Source: Lachnospiraceae bacterium (GTDB taxonomy: Bacteria > Bacillota > Clostridia > Lachnospirales > Lachnospiraceae). Taken from it: a DNA stretch of 64,000 bases. Below are positions 1-9,771 of the stretch, piece after piece (within the stretch, counting starts at the first letter, position 1; each line of letters opens with the position of its first letter). The DNA lies in contig JAQYIU010000039.1 in NCBI GenBank assembly GCA_028721415.1, positions 29,729 to 93,728 of the forward strand, written 5' to 3'. Made by a program: the position numbers and the translations under genes. The notes beneath the pieces were generated by a model. It did not search any database and was not told the origin of the DNA. It saw nothing but the letters and a program-made list of their open reading frames with translations.

Positions 1-432
1 TGGAGTAAGTTCGGAGGAGAGATTACAGCCGTGATTTCCGGAGAGACTGTTTCTGATGTGAAGAACGGTTTGCGTTATATGCAGGATTACATAGAGAATC
101 GTGCTACAATCTATATGCTGGATGAAGAGGGAACGCTGGGTTATTATGCCGACTGGATTCCGCGTGCAGGCAAGTATTATCAGAGGATGCTTGGGGTGAA
201 AGAAGGGGAATCCATTGCTTATCTTGTAAGCACTCCGGTGGAGAGTACGTATGCGCTGGATAAGGCATTGAAAGCCAGCAATACAAAGATAGCACAGTTA
301 TTTAATGCCCCGTCAAGAGTCAACACAGGCGGAGGAATTTTAGTAGGAACGGAATCAGCCTGTCGTGCGGCGGTGGAAGCCTTTGCCGAGGCAGTGGAGT
401 ATTGTGCATTTCATCCGATGGATTTGGAATAG
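1..432 (+). CDS. eutL: EutL-like tandem-domain bacterial microcompartment shell protein (BMC-T), 5'-truncated by window edge
   Basis: Frame is open from base 1 (WSKFGGEITAVISG...). Motifs IPRAGKY, AYLVSTPVESTYALDKALKA and GTESACRAA match the EutL C-terminal half. Confidence 0.85.
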   Translation, partial: WSKFGGEITAVISGETVSDVKNGLRYMQDYIENRATIYMLDEEGTLGYYADWIPRAGKYYQRMLGVKEGESIAYLVSTPVESTYALDKALKASNTKIAQLFNAPSRVNTGGGILVGTESACRAAVEAFAEAVEYCAFHPMDLE

Positions 433-444
433 GAGAAGAATACT

Positions 445-1098
445 ATGGAAATAAAGAAAATGAAAACGAATATGCTCAGCCAGAAGATTATCGCCCATGT
501 ATCTGCTGAGTTTGCCAAAGCATACCATCTTCCGGAAGGGCACCAGAGCGTTGCTTTTTTCTCGGTAGATAATGATGATGTTGGATATCTGGCAGTGGAT
601 GATGCTACCAAAAAAGCAAATATCAAAGTCATCCATGCAGAAACCTTTTACGGCGGAACTACCTGCTCCTGGAGCAAGTATGGCGGCAGCGTATTTATCA
701 TGTTTTCCGGTCCGAAAGTGGCCGATGTGAAAAGCGGTCTGGCTTATGTCAAAGATTTTATTGATAATCGCTCACAGCTTTGTAATTTTGACGGAGATGA
801 GGGAACTGCATTTTATGCGCAATGTATTCCGAGAGTGGGTAAATATTTCGGAGAGCTTTGTGGAATTGAAGAAGAAACCTCTTATGCATATCTCGTGGGA
901 GGTCCGATTGAGACCAATTATGCATTGGATAAAGCATTAAAAGCAGGCGAAACACGAATTGTAAAATACTGGTATCCTCCATCACACGCCAATTCCAGCG
1001 GTGCAATTCTGGCAGGAACCGAATCTGCCTGTCGTGCGGCAACCATGGCTTTTGTAGATGGGCTTAGATATGCAACGGAGAATCCGATGGAAATTTAA
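445..1098 (+). CDS. eutL: EutL-like BMC-T shell protein, second paralogue
   Basis: 217 aa, colinear with EutL (VDNDDVGYLAVDDATKKA, AYLVGGPIETNYALDKALKA, PPSHAN, GTESACRAA); AGGAG RBS. Confidence 0.88.
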   Translation: MEIKKMKTNMLSQKIIAHVSAEFAKAYHLPEGHQSVAFFSVDNDDVGYLAVDDATKKANIKVIHAETFYGGTTCSWSKYGGSVFIMFSGPKVADVKSGLAYVKDFIDNRSQLCNFDGDEGTAFYAQCIPRVGKYFGELCGIEEETSYAYLVGGPIETNYALDKALKAGETRIVKYWYPPSHANSSGAILAGTESACRAATMAFVDGLRYATENPMEI

Positions 1099-1122
1099 TC
1101 ATAGACAGTATATCTGATTTTT

Positions 1123-1156
1123 GGAGCTGATCACAGATGTGATTAGCTCCTTTTTT
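1123..1156 (+). terminator. Rho-independent terminator ending the BMC operon
   Basis: GGAGCTGATCAC-AGAT-GTGATTAGCTCC followed by a T run. Confidence 0.85.
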
Positions 1157-1356
1157 CTAGTCGTTTCCTTATGTCAGAATTTATCTGGTAATAATACACA
1201 ATATTTCGTTGAAATGATATGGTAAAAAAATAGAAAAATAGATTACATCGAGAAAAATACTTACGAAATCGGAAAAAAGTTGATAAACTAATAATAAAAT
1301 CGGTTTCAATTGTAAACACACAGTATATTAAAAATATCTGATAAAGGAGGACGAAT

Positions 1357-1863
1357 ATGTTTGAAAAAGGTGAATATATTATTTACGGAAACAATGGAGT
1401 CTGTGAGGTGCAGGATTATATGTTGCCGGAAGAGGCTGGTGACCAGAGAATCTATTATGTTCTGGCTCCGGTTCGTTCCAAAGGCAGTACCATTTATTCT
1501 CCGGTGGATAACCAGAAAGTATTTATGCGAAGAGTGATGTCAAAAGAAGAAGCCAGAGAGCTAATTGACCGAATACCGGAATATGAGGATATTGAGATTC
1601 CGGAAGTAAGAAATCAGGAACAGCAATATAAAGAGATTCTTCAGAATTGTGATTGTACGGATTCTCTTCGCCTGATCAAAGCCCTTTATACAAGAAAAGA
1701 ACAAAGGGAAACGGCGGGGCGAAAAATAACAGCAGTAGATGAGAAATATCTGTTTCTTGCGAAAGACAGCCTGTTAAATGAATTGGCGATTGTTCTGGAA
1801 ATGGATGTGGATGACGTAGATCAAATGCTTGCAGAGAAAATGAAAGGTTTAGAAAATGCATGA
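1357..1863 (+). CDS. CarD/CdnL-family transcriptional regulator
   Basis: MFEKGEYIIYGNNGVCEV N-terminus, YYVL, 168 aa; AAGGAGG RBS. Confidence 0.85.
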   Translation: MFEKGEYIIYGNNGVCEVQDYMLPEEAGDQRIYYVLAPVRSKGSTIYSPVDNQKVFMRRVMSKEEARELIDRIPEYEDIEIPEVRNQEQQYKEILQNCDCTDSLRLIKALYTRKEQRETAGRKITAVDEKYLFLAKDSLLNELAIVLEMDVDDVDQMLAEKMKGLENA

Positions 1864-1898
1864 TTTTACCGGAAAAACAGAATTATCTTTATTTTTTC

Positions 1899-1927
1899 TG
1901 GACAATTCAAAAAAAATGTGCTAACAT
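1899..1927 (+). promoter_or_regulatory. SigA-type promoter of the T-box/aspS leader
   Basis: TGGACA-N17-TAACAT with extended TG, about 25 nt upstream of T-box stem I. Confidence 0.6.
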
Positions 1928-1949
1928 AGGCACATTAATTATATATTGC

Positions 1950-2214
1950 AATGCGATGACGAAGAGAAGTAGCGTGACTTATCGTTCCCAGTGAGTGGAG
2001 GATAGTGAGAACTCCGCAAAGTGAATTCACGTGAATAACACTTTACCAGCAGCAATCTGAAAGCGTGACAGATCGTGATTAGGTGCGCCGTAGCTGTGCG
2101 ATAAACAGTTTAGTTTGATTTTGAGTGACTGCATATGTATCATTTTTGCAGTAATTCAGGTGGTACCGCGGATAGATGTCCGTCCTGAACCTATGGTTTG
2201 GGACGGACTTTTTT
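1950..2214 (+). ncRNA. T-box riboswitch (transcriptional), apparent Asn (AAC) specifier
   Basis: Stem I with AGTA (1968-71), AGTGA and GTGAGA motifs, and GAAT-AAC-A (AAC 2037-39). T-box AATTCAGGTGGTACCGCG at 2153-70. Terminator GTCCGTCCTGAACC/GGTTTGGGACGGAC plus T run at 2178-2214. Confidence 0.9.
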
Positions 2215-2299
2215 CGTGTACAACTGAAGCAAAGCGGAATCGAGATGCACGGCTTCAGGGAAATGTTAGAAAATGTAAGTTAAAGAGAGGAGATTATAC

Positions 2300-4051
2300 A
2301 TGAATACAGGAAACATTTATCGTGATGTGACACTGGATCACATCAGTGAACAGGATGTCGGAAAAACACTGCGTGTTGCAGGATGGGTAGAGAATATCCG
2401 TGACCATGGCGGAGTATCTTTTGTCGATCTTCGTGATATGTATGGTGTTTTACAGGTAGTTATGAGAGATACTTCTTTGTTGGATGGAATCAACAAGGAA
2501 GATTGTATTTCAGTAGAAGGTATTATGGAACACAGAGATGAGGAGACCTATAATCCGAAGATTCCTACAGGAACCATCGAGCTGGAGGCTCACAAAGTGG
2601 ATATGCTTGGAAAAGTATACAAACAGCTTCCGTTTGAGATTATGACTTCCAAAGAGAATCATGAAAATGTTCGTCTGAAATATCGTTATCTTGACCTTCG
2701 TAATAAAAAAGTGAAGGATAATATGATTTTCCGTTCCAAAGTGATCAGTTTTCTGAGAGAAAAAATGACAGAGATGGGATTTTTGGAGATTCAAACTCCG
2801 ATTTTATGTGCGTCTTCCCCGGAAGGTGCAAGAGATTACATTGTGCCATCCCGTAAATTCAAAGGAAAATTTTACGCATTGCCACAGGCACCACAGCAGT
2901 ACAAACAGCTTCTGATGGTTTCTGGTTTTGATAAATATTTCCAGATTGCACCATGTTTCCGTGATGAAGATGCAAGAGCAGACCGTTCTCCGGGAGAGTT
3001 CTATCAGCTTGATTTTGAGATGAGCTTTGCAACACAGGAAGATGTGTTCCGTGTGGGTGAAGAAGTACTTACATCTACTTTTGAAAAATTTGCACCGGAA
3101 GGATATGAAGTGACAAAAGCACCGTACCCGGTGATCAGCTATAAGCAGGCAATGCTTGAGTATGGTACGGATAAACCGGACCTTCGAAATCCTCTTCGTA
3201 TCATCGATGTTACTGATTTCTTCCAGCGTTGTACTTTTAAACCATTTCATGGAAAAACGGTTCGTGCCATCAAGGTTTCCGAGAAAATGTCCAAGGGTTT
3301 CCATGAAAAACTTCTGAAATTTGCCCAGTCTATCGGAATGGGAGGTCTCGGGTATCTTGAAGTAAAAGAAGATATGAGTTATAAAGGACCGATTGATAAA
3401 TTTATTCCGGAAGAGATGAAAGGGGAAATCGCTGAGATGGCTGGCTTACAGGCAGGAGATACCATTTTCTTTATTGCAGATAAAGAAAAACAGGCAGCCA
3501 TCTACGCTGGACAGATTCGTACAGAATTAGGTAATCGTCTGGATCTCTGTGAGAAAAATGCATATCGTTTCTGCTTTATCAATGACTTTCCGATGTTTGA
3601 ATATGATGAAGAAGAGAAGAAGATTATCTTTACTCATAATCCATTCTCCATGCCACAGGGTGGTCTGGAATCCCTGAACACCATGAATCCGGAAGATATT
3701 CTGGCATATCAGTATGATATTGTATGTAATGGTGTGGAATTGTCATCCGGTGCAGTTCGAAATCATAATCTTGATATTATGGTTAAGGCTTTTGAAATTG
3801 CAGGATATACAGAAGATGATCTGAAAGAAAAATTCGGAGCACTCTATAATGCGTTCCAGTACGGTGCACCGCCACATGCCGGAATGGCACCTGGGGTTGA
3901 CCGTATGATCATGCTTCTTCGCAATGAAGAAAATATTCGTGAAGTCATTCCGTTCCCAATGAATGGAAATGCACAGGATCTGATGTGTGGAGCACCAAAT
4001 GAAGTGACAGAAATGCAGCTTCGTGAGGTTCATATTAAGGTCAGAAAATAA
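2300..4051 (+). CDS. aspS: Aspartate-tRNA ligase, probably non-discriminating Asp/Asn type
   Basis: OB fold GWVENIRDHGG, LPQAPQQYKQLLM, FRDEDARADR, GAPPHAGMAPGVDR. Confidence 0.97.
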   Translation: MNTGNIYRDVTLDHISEQDVGKTLRVAGWVENIRDHGGVSFVDLRDMYGVLQVVMRDTSLLDGINKEDCISVEGIMEHRDEETYNPKIPTGTIELEAHKVDMLGKVYKQLPFEIMTSKENHENVRLKYRYLDLRNKKVKDNMIFRSKVISFLREKMTEMGFLEIQTPILCASSPEGARDYIVPSRKFKGKFYALPQAPQQYKQLLMVSGFDKYFQIAPCFRDEDARADRSPGEFYQLDFEMSFATQEDVFRVGEEVLTSTFEKFAPEGYEVTKAPYPVISYKQAMLEYGTDKPDLRNPLRIIDVTDFFQRCTFKPFHGKTVRAIKVSEKMSKGFHEKLLKFAQSIGMGGLGYLEVKEDMSYKGPIDKFIPEEMKGEIAEMAGLQAGDTIFFIADKEKQAAIYAGQIRTELGNRLDLCEKNAYRFCFINDFPMFEYDEEEKKIIFTHNPFSMPQGGLESLNTMNPEDILAYQYDIVCNGVELSSGAVRNHNLDIMVKAFEIAGYTEDDLKEKFGALYNAFQYGAPPHAGMAPGVDRMIMLLRNEENIREVIPFPMNGNAQDLMCGAPNEVTEMQLREVHIKVRK

Positions 4052-4075
4052 AAAAACTTGTATTTAGGGTTTTAG

Positions 4076-4107
4076 GCAGGCGATAGAAATATCGCCTGTA
4101 ATTTTTT
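4076..4107 (+). terminator. Terminator after aspS
   Basis: GCAGGCGATA-GAAA-TATCGCCTGT followed by AATTTTTT. Confidence 0.75.
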
Positions 4108-4437
4108 GCACAGCAATAGAAATGAAAAGACGGTTGTTTGATATGTGCGTAATAAAAATAATATTTTTGATATAAACGGTGTTTATATGAAAGAAAAAAT
4201 GTATTTATTCGAAAGTAATATAAAACAAAAAGAAAAAGTGGAAAAAATAGGATTTTTTTCACAAATAGAATTTATTGTTGTAATTTTTACAAAAAACACA
4301 CTTTTTTTTTACGAAAAGCAAGAAAAAACGGATGGTATATTATCAATAACAATAAATAACATTTACAAACAAAAGCTTTTTTTGGATAATATAAACATTA
4401 TTTCATAAATATAAAAATAATTGAAAGGGGAACATTT

Positions 4438-6426
4438 ATGGGAAATTTAATTTATCTTGCGCCAGTGCTGGGACTCTGTGCGCTGCTTTTTGCGTTCTAT
4501 TTGATTAATAAAGTGTCAAAGCAGGATGCAGGTACAGACCGTATGAAAGAAATTGCAGCGTTCATTCATGAAGGTGCCAGTGCATTTTTAATGGCAGAGT
4601 ACAAGATTCTCGTTGTGTTTGTTGCAGTGTTGTTTGTATTGATCGGAATTGGAATCGGAAGCTGGGTTACAGCAGGCGCATTCCTGGTTGGAGCATTATT
4701 CTCCACTATTGCCGGATATATCGGTATGAATGTTGCGACAAAAGCAAATGTACGCACTGCAGCGGCAGCAAAAGACAGTGGTATGAATAAGGCGCTTTCC
4801 ATCTCTTTTTCCGGCGGTGCTGTTATGGGAATGTGTGTTGTTGGATTTGGTCTTTTAGGTGCCAGTGTGATTTATATCATCACAAAGAATCCGGACGTGC
4901 TCTCTGGTTTTTCTCTGGGAGCTTCTTCCATTGCTTTATTTGCCCGTGTTGGTGGCGGTATCTACACAAAGGCTGCTGACGTTGGTGCCGACCTTGTTGG
5001 TAAAGTTGAGGCTGGTATTCCGGAAGATGACCCTCGTAACCCGGCGGTTATCGCTGATAACGTAGGTGATAACGTAGGTGACGTTGCAGGTATGGGTGCT
5101 GACCTATTTGAATCTTATGTCGGATCTCTGGTATCTGCAGTAACATTGGGTGTTATCAATTATGCGGAAAATGGAGCGATTTTTCCACTGCTGATTGCTG
5201 CTCTGGGTATTCTTGCTTCGGTGATCGGATGTTTCTTTGTAAAAGGTGATGAGAACTCCAGCCCGCATAAAGCATTGAAACTTGGTAGTTATGCAGCCAG
5301 CGCTATCGTTGTTGTTGCTGTACTTATCTTAAGTAAAGTATTCTTTGGTTCTTTCAATCAGGCAATCGCTATCATCTTTGGTCTGGTTGTCGGTTTGCTG
5401 ATCGGTGTTATCACAGAGATTTATACCTCCGGTGATTATCCATTTGTTAAGAAGATTGCACAGCAGTCTGAAACAGGTCCTGCAACAACTGTAATCAGTG
5501 GTATTGCTGTTGGTATGCAGTCTACAGCGATTCCGATCTTACTGATTTCAGTTGGCATTATCGGTGCTTACTTATTTGCAGGTTTATATGGTATTGCTCT
5601 TGCGGCAGTCGGAATGCTTTCTACAACTGGAATCACAGTTGCTGTTGATGCTTATGGTCCGATTGCAGATAATGCCGGTGGTATTGCAGAAATGTCTCAT
5701 CTCCCATCCAAGGTTCGTAAGATCACGGATAAACTGGATGCCGTTGGTAATACAACAGCAGCTATGGGTAAGGGATTTGCAATTGGTTCTGCTGCACTTA
5801 CCGCGCTGGCTCTGTTTGTATCTTATGCACAGGCTGTAGGTCTTTTTGCAGAAGGTATCAATCTTCTCGATTATAAAGTAATTGTTGGTCTTTTCATTGG
5901 TGGTATGCTTCCATTCCTCTTCTCAGCACTTACAATGGATTCTGTTTCCAAAGCTGCTTATAAGATGATTGAGGAAGTAAGAAGACAGTTCCGTACCATT
6001 CCTGGAATCCTGGAAGGAACAGGAAAGCCGGATTATACCTCCTGTGTTGCAATTTCTACACAGGCAGCCTTGAAAGAAATGCTTGTTCCGGGTATAATGG
6101 CAGTAATAGCTCCTCTGTTAGTAGGCGTTGTTTTAGGCCCTGCAGCTCTTGGTGGATTACTGGCAGGATCTCTGGTAACTGGTGTTATGATGGCGATTTT
6201 TATGTCCAACGCAGGTGGAGCATGGGACAATGCAAAGAAATATATTGAAGACGGTAATCACGGCGGAAAAGGAAGCGATGCTCATCACGCAGCTGTCGTT
6301 GGTGATACGGTTGGTGACCCATTTAAGGATACATCAGGTCCTTCCATTAACATCCTGATCAAATTGATGACTGTCGTTTCTCTTGTATTTGCACCACTGT
6401 TTTTGAAAATTGGCGGTTTGTTTTAA
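4438..6426 (+). CDS. hppA: Membrane-bound ion-translocating pyrophosphatase (K+-dependent, probably Na+-PPase)
   Basis: [20 protein letters not shown] and [10 protein letters not shown] motifs. GNTTAA has the Ala typical of the K+-dependent class. Many TM helices. Confidence 0.95.
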   Translation: MGNLIYLAPVLGLCALLFAFYLINKVSKQDAGTDRMKEIAAFIHEGASAFLMAEYKILVVFVAVLFVLIGIGIGSWVTAGAFLVGALFSTIAGYIGMNVATKANVRTAAAAKDSGMNKALSISFSGGAVMGMCVVGFGLLGASVIYIITKNPDVLSGFSLGASSIALFARVGGGIYTKAADVGADLVGKVEAGIPEDDPRNPAVIADNVGDNVGDVAGMGADLFESYVGSLVSAVTLGVINYAENGAIFPLLIAALGILASVIGCFFVKGDENSSPHKALKLGSYAASAIVVVAVLILSKVFFGSFNQAIAIIFGLVVGLLIGVITEIYTSGDYPFVKKIAQQSETGPATTVISGIAVGMQSTAIPILLISVGIIGAYLFAGLYGIALAAVGMLSTTGITVAVDAYGPIADNAGGIAEMSHLPSKVRKITDKLDAVGNTTAAMGKGFAIGSAALTALALFVSYAQAVGLFAEGINLLDYKVIVGLFIGGMLPFLFSALTMDSVSKAAYKMIEEVRRQFRTIPGILEGTGKPDYTSCVAISTQAALKEMLVPGIMAVIAPLLVGVVLGPAALGGLLAGSLVTGVMMAIFMSNAGGAWDNAKKYIEDGNHGGKGSDAHHAAVVGDTVGDPFKDTSGPSINILIKLMTVVSLVFAPLFLKIGGLF

Positions 6427-6441
6427 TTGAAGGAGGAACTA

Positions 6442-7383
6442 ATGAGCGAAAATTTTTCACATGATTTTGATACCATCGTTGAGCAGGCGAAGGCGATTGA
6501 AAAACCGGTTCGTGTTGTAATTGCCGGAGCAGACGTTGAGAATATTTTGCTTGGTGCATTTGATGCCCAGGCTGCTGGTTTTATTGAGCCGATCCTGGTT
6601 GGTAATCACAAAAAGATTACAGAGATGCTTGACAAACTCGGATTATCAGATAGAAGTTATGATTTACAGCCGGTTTCTGACGATGTGAATGTGGTTCAGT
6701 ATTCCATCGAGATGGTTCGTGCCGGTAAGGCTGATGTTTTGATGCGTGGTAATACACAGACCCGTGATTTCCTGATGCCGGTTTTGAATAAAGGTAATCA
6801 CCTTCTTTATAAGAAGATTATGACCCATGTTGTAATGCTGAAGATTCCTGGTTGTGACAAGATTACTGCAATCTCTGATGCTACAATTCTTATAGAGCCT
6901 TCTGTTCAGCAGAGAAAAGAAGTTATCAAGAACATGGTTCGTGCTCTTCGTATGCTCGGAGTAGAACATCCGAATATCGCACTTCTTTCTCTTGTAGAGA
7001 AACCAAGCTTCCATATGAGAGATACCGTTGAGGCACAGACTCTTGTTATGCGTCAGAAGGAGGAACCATTTGCAGATTGTAATCTGGTTGGACCAATTCC
7101 GTATGACCTGATTGTCAGCAAGGAAGCAGCAAGACTGAAAAACTATGACTGTCCATATTGTGGAGAATTTGATGGTATCGTAGTGCCGAATCTGATGGCT
7201 GGTAACCTGATGATCAAGACTCTGCAGATGAATGCCAGAGCAAATAGCTGCGGTATCATTATGGGTGCTAAGATTCCGATTGCGATTACTTCCAGAAGTG
7301 ATTCTCAGGAACAGGCTTTCCTGTCATTGGCAGCATGTGCGATCATGGCACAGAGAGAAGTACCGGAAGACGAAACATTATAG
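6442..7383 (+). CDS. Phosphate acetyl/butyryltransferase (PTA/PTB) family protein
   Basis: ADVLMRG, VPNLMAGN and GAKIPIAITSRSDS motifs. Start set at ATG 6442 after AGGAGG. Confidence 0.85.
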   Translation: MSENFSHDFDTIVEQAKAIEKPVRVVIAGADVENILLGAFDAQAAGFIEPILVGNHKKITEMLDKLGLSDRSYDLQPVSDDVNVVQYSIEMVRAGKADVLMRGNTQTRDFLMPVLNKGNHLLYKKIMTHVVMLKIPGCDKITAISDATILIEPSVQQRKEVIKNMVRALRMLGVEHPNIALLSLVEKPSFHMRDTVEAQTLVMRQKEEPFADCNLVGPIPYDLIVSKEAARLKNYDCPYCGEFDGIVVPNLMAGNLMIKTLQMNARANSCGIIMGAKIPIAITSRSDSQEQAFLSLAACAIMAQREVPEDETL

Positions 7384-7430
7384 TTGATTAAAATATGGGG
7401 TTGCTATACGAAAGCGGCTCTAAGTATAAC

Positions 7431-7498
7431 AAAGCGGAAACGATTCGAGTACATTTATATGATTATATCCATGTACTCGAAAGGTTTCCGTTTTTTTT
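7431..7498 (+). terminator. Long interrupted hairpin terminator after the hppA-ptb unit
   Basis: GCGGAAAC..TCGAGTACAT / ATGTACTCGA..GTTTCCGT followed by a T run. Confidence 0.75.
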
Positions 7499-7551
7499 GA
7501 CAGAAAATCATTACATTTTCTGTCGAATAGAAAACTTCAGGGGGATGCTGG

Positions 7552-7580
7552 TTGACAAGGTTCTACATCACAGGTAAAAT
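7552..7580 (+). promoter_or_regulatory. SigA promoter of the GH25 gene
   Basis: TTGACA-N17-TAAAAT. Confidence 0.7.
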
Positions 7581-7624
7581 GTATTCGAGATTCACGATTA
7601 TAATATCGTGGAAAGGAGATTGTT

Positions 7625-8623
7625 ATGGTAGATACTCAGATGAAAAGAACAATAGGCCTGATAATGCTTTGCTTGTTTTTTGCAGGTTGTTTTAATATAA
7701 AGACTGAGGCTGCCGGCAAAACTTATTATAATTCCTACGGTGTGGCAGTGAAGGGAGCTTATGCCATGGGAATAGATGTCAGCAGTAATAATGGAAGTAT
7801 TGACTGGAATGCGGTGAAGGCCAGTGGTGTGGAGTTTGCTGTTATTCGTTGCGGGTGTGGGATGAATCTCCTGAATCAGGATGATAAACAATGGGAAGCG
7901 AATGTAGCAGGATGTGAATCCGTTGGGATACCGTACGGAGTTTACCTGTATTCCTATGCAGATTCTGTCAGCCGGGCAAAGGATGAAGCGGAACATGTGC
8001 TTCGTCTGATTTCCGGACACAAGCTGTCGTATCCGGTGTATTATGATATGGAAGATAGCTCCGTTCTAAGAAATACAACAGCAGAACAAAGAGGTAAGAT
8101 TGCCAAGGCATTTTGTGACCGCATTCAGGCTACCGGTTATAAAGTTGGTATCTATGCAGATAAAAGTACTTTTACCAACCTATTGACTGCAAAAGAATTT
8201 CAGAATAAAAATAAATGGGTTGCCCATTACAGTTCGGCCTGCGGATATACAGGTACCTATCAGATGTGGCAGGCAACGAACCAGGGAAAAGTCAGCGGAA
8301 TCAGGGGAAACGTGGATATTAATTATCTGATTTCCGGTCAGATTTTCATAAAACCAGTGATTAAAGTATCTTCACCGGCCAAAAAGAAAGTGAAGATCAC
8401 CTGGAAACCGAAGAAATCAGGAACTACCTGTGAGATTTATTATGCCAAAAAGAAAACAGGTAAATATAAACTGCTTCGTAAAAACGCAAAGAAAGGTTCT
8501 GCAATCATCAAAGGTTTAAAATCGGGAAAGAAATATTATATTCGAGTCCGAATAAGCAAAAAGGTGTATGGTAGCACCGTGTATTCAAAATATTCAAAAA
8601 TCAAAGCGATAAAAGTCAGATAA
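7625..8623 (+). CDS. Secreted GH25 muramidase/lysozyme with Lys-rich FN3-like C-terminal domain
   Basis: Signal peptide; GIDVS, GVYLYSYA, PVYYDME, MWQ, GNVDIN motifs; C-terminal IKGLKSGKKYYIRVR. Confidence 0.9.
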   Translation: MVDTQMKRTIGLIMLCLFFAGCFNIKTEAAGKTYYNSYGVAVKGAYAMGIDVSSNNGSIDWNAVKASGVEFAVIRCGCGMNLLNQDDKQWEANVAGCESVGIPYGVYLYSYADSVSRAKDEAEHVLRLISGHKLSYPVYYDMEDSSVLRNTTAEQRGKIAKAFCDRIQATGYKVGIYADKSTFTNLLTAKEFQNKNKWVAHYSSACGYTGTYQMWQATNQGKVSGIRGNVDINYLISGQIFIKPVIKVSSPAKKKVKITWKPKKSGTTCEIYYAKKKTGKYKLLRKNAKKGSAIIKGLKSGKKYYIRVRISKKVYGSTVYSKYSKIKAIKVR

Positions 8624-8627
8624 AAGG

Positions 8628-8906
8628 ATGGAGGGTACGATTTTGGACAAGAAACAGGAGAATAACAAAACACAACAAAAAGAAATAGGCAGCGATGTGC
8701 AGAGCATCATTGAGCAGTTATCACAGATAGAAGCATCTTTTGCTGACTTTATTGCAGCGGAATCGGAAGGCATGATTATCTGTGAGAATTGTTATGATAA
8801 TGTTTTTGATGATGATGAAGAAATCTGTCGGCTGGAAGACAGTGAGGGACAGATTCATGAATTTTGCTGCAGGGAATGTATGGAAGAATGGAAAAACAGG
8901 AGCTAG
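8628..8906 (+). CDS. Small acidic protein with CxxC...FCCxxC (TRASH/YHS-like metal-binding) motif
   Basis: ICENC and HEFCCREC; packed between GH25 and eutP. Confidence 0.65.
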   Translation: MEGTILDKKQENNKTQQKEIGSDVQSIIEQLSQIEASFADFIAAESEGMIICENCYDNVFDDDEEICRLEDSEGQIHEFCCRECMEEWKNRS

Positions 8907-8912
8907 AATACC

Positions 8913-9440
8913 ATGCGTAAAATTATGTTTATCGGGCGCAGTGAGGCGGGAAAAACCACATTGACTCAGGCCATGAAAGGGAATACGATCACCTATCATA
9001 AAACACAATATGTCAATCATTTCGATGCGATCATCGATACCCCGGGAGAATATCTTCAATCAAAAAATCTGATTTCTGCCCTTGCGGTATTTACTGCAGA
9101 AGCAGATGTCATCGGCTTATTGATGGATGCAACAGAACCATTTTCGCTCTATTCGCCGAATTTAACCCCGGTATGTAACAGAGAGGTGGTAGGTGTGGTG
9201 ACGAAGATTGATCATTGGGCCGCTCAGCCGGAACAGGCAGCGGCATGGCTGTCACTGGCAGGTTGCGAGAAAATATTTTATACCAGTGCCTATACCGGAG
9301 AGGGAATTGCCGATATACTTTCTTATTTAAAAGAAGAAAGGGATGTACTCCCGTGGGAGGAAGTCAAGGCACAATATGATGAGCTTGGCTTTGGAGAAGG
9401 GGAGAAAGAAAAAGACGCTGTTCGTTTTCATAATATTTGA
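8913..9440 (+). CDS. eutP: EutP/PduV microcompartment-associated GTP-binding protein
   Basis: MRKIMFIGRSEAGKTTLTQ, YHKTQ, IDTPGEY, VVTKID, TSAYTGEGI. Confidence 0.9.
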   Translation: MRKIMFIGRSEAGKTTLTQAMKGNTITYHKTQYVNHFDAIIDTPGEYLQSKNLISALAVFTAEADVIGLLMDATEPFSLYSPNLTPVCNREVVGVVTKIDHWAAQPEQAAAWLSLAGCEKIFYTSAYTGEGIADILSYLKEERDVLPWEEVKAQYDELGFGEGEKEKDAVRFHNI

Positions 9441-9522
9441 TACAAGAAAATGTAGATTATTCCAGAAGAATGATTTATAATATAACAAATATAGGTTTTT
9501 ATTTTATTGGGAGGTAACGAAT

Positions 9523-9708
9523 ATGAGAGGTTATGAAGCAGCAAAGTTATTAAAAGAAAAGGGGATTACGATTGAAGATGTTAATGCAGAGATTGCATAT
9601 AGAAAAGAAACCAATGCGTTAAGTAATCAACCACAGAATGAAGCTTTTATGAACATGACTTTAAATGAAGTTGTCAGAATTAAAGAAATGTGGGAGATTT
9701 GTGAATAA
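9523..9708 (+). CDS. Small hypothetical protein (61 aa)
   Basis: Strong GGGAGGT RBS; fills the intergenic gap. Confidence 0.65.
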   Translation: MRGYEAAKLLKEKGITIEDVNAEIAYRKETNALSNQPQNEAFMNMTLNEVVRIKEMWEICE

Positions 9709-9771
9709 GATCGGACAGACAGAAGATATAAGAAAGGAAGTTCTGTCTGATTGATGGTTAGGAGGCCATAT

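Noticed and set aside
2115-2303. 62-aa ORF upstream of aspS
   Set aside because: It overlaps the T-box antiterminator and terminator, so it is non-coding leader.
4041-4408. ORFs 4041-4262 (-) and 4145-4408 (+)
   Set aside because: Low-complexity AT-rich promoter spacer with no RBS or recognisable motif.
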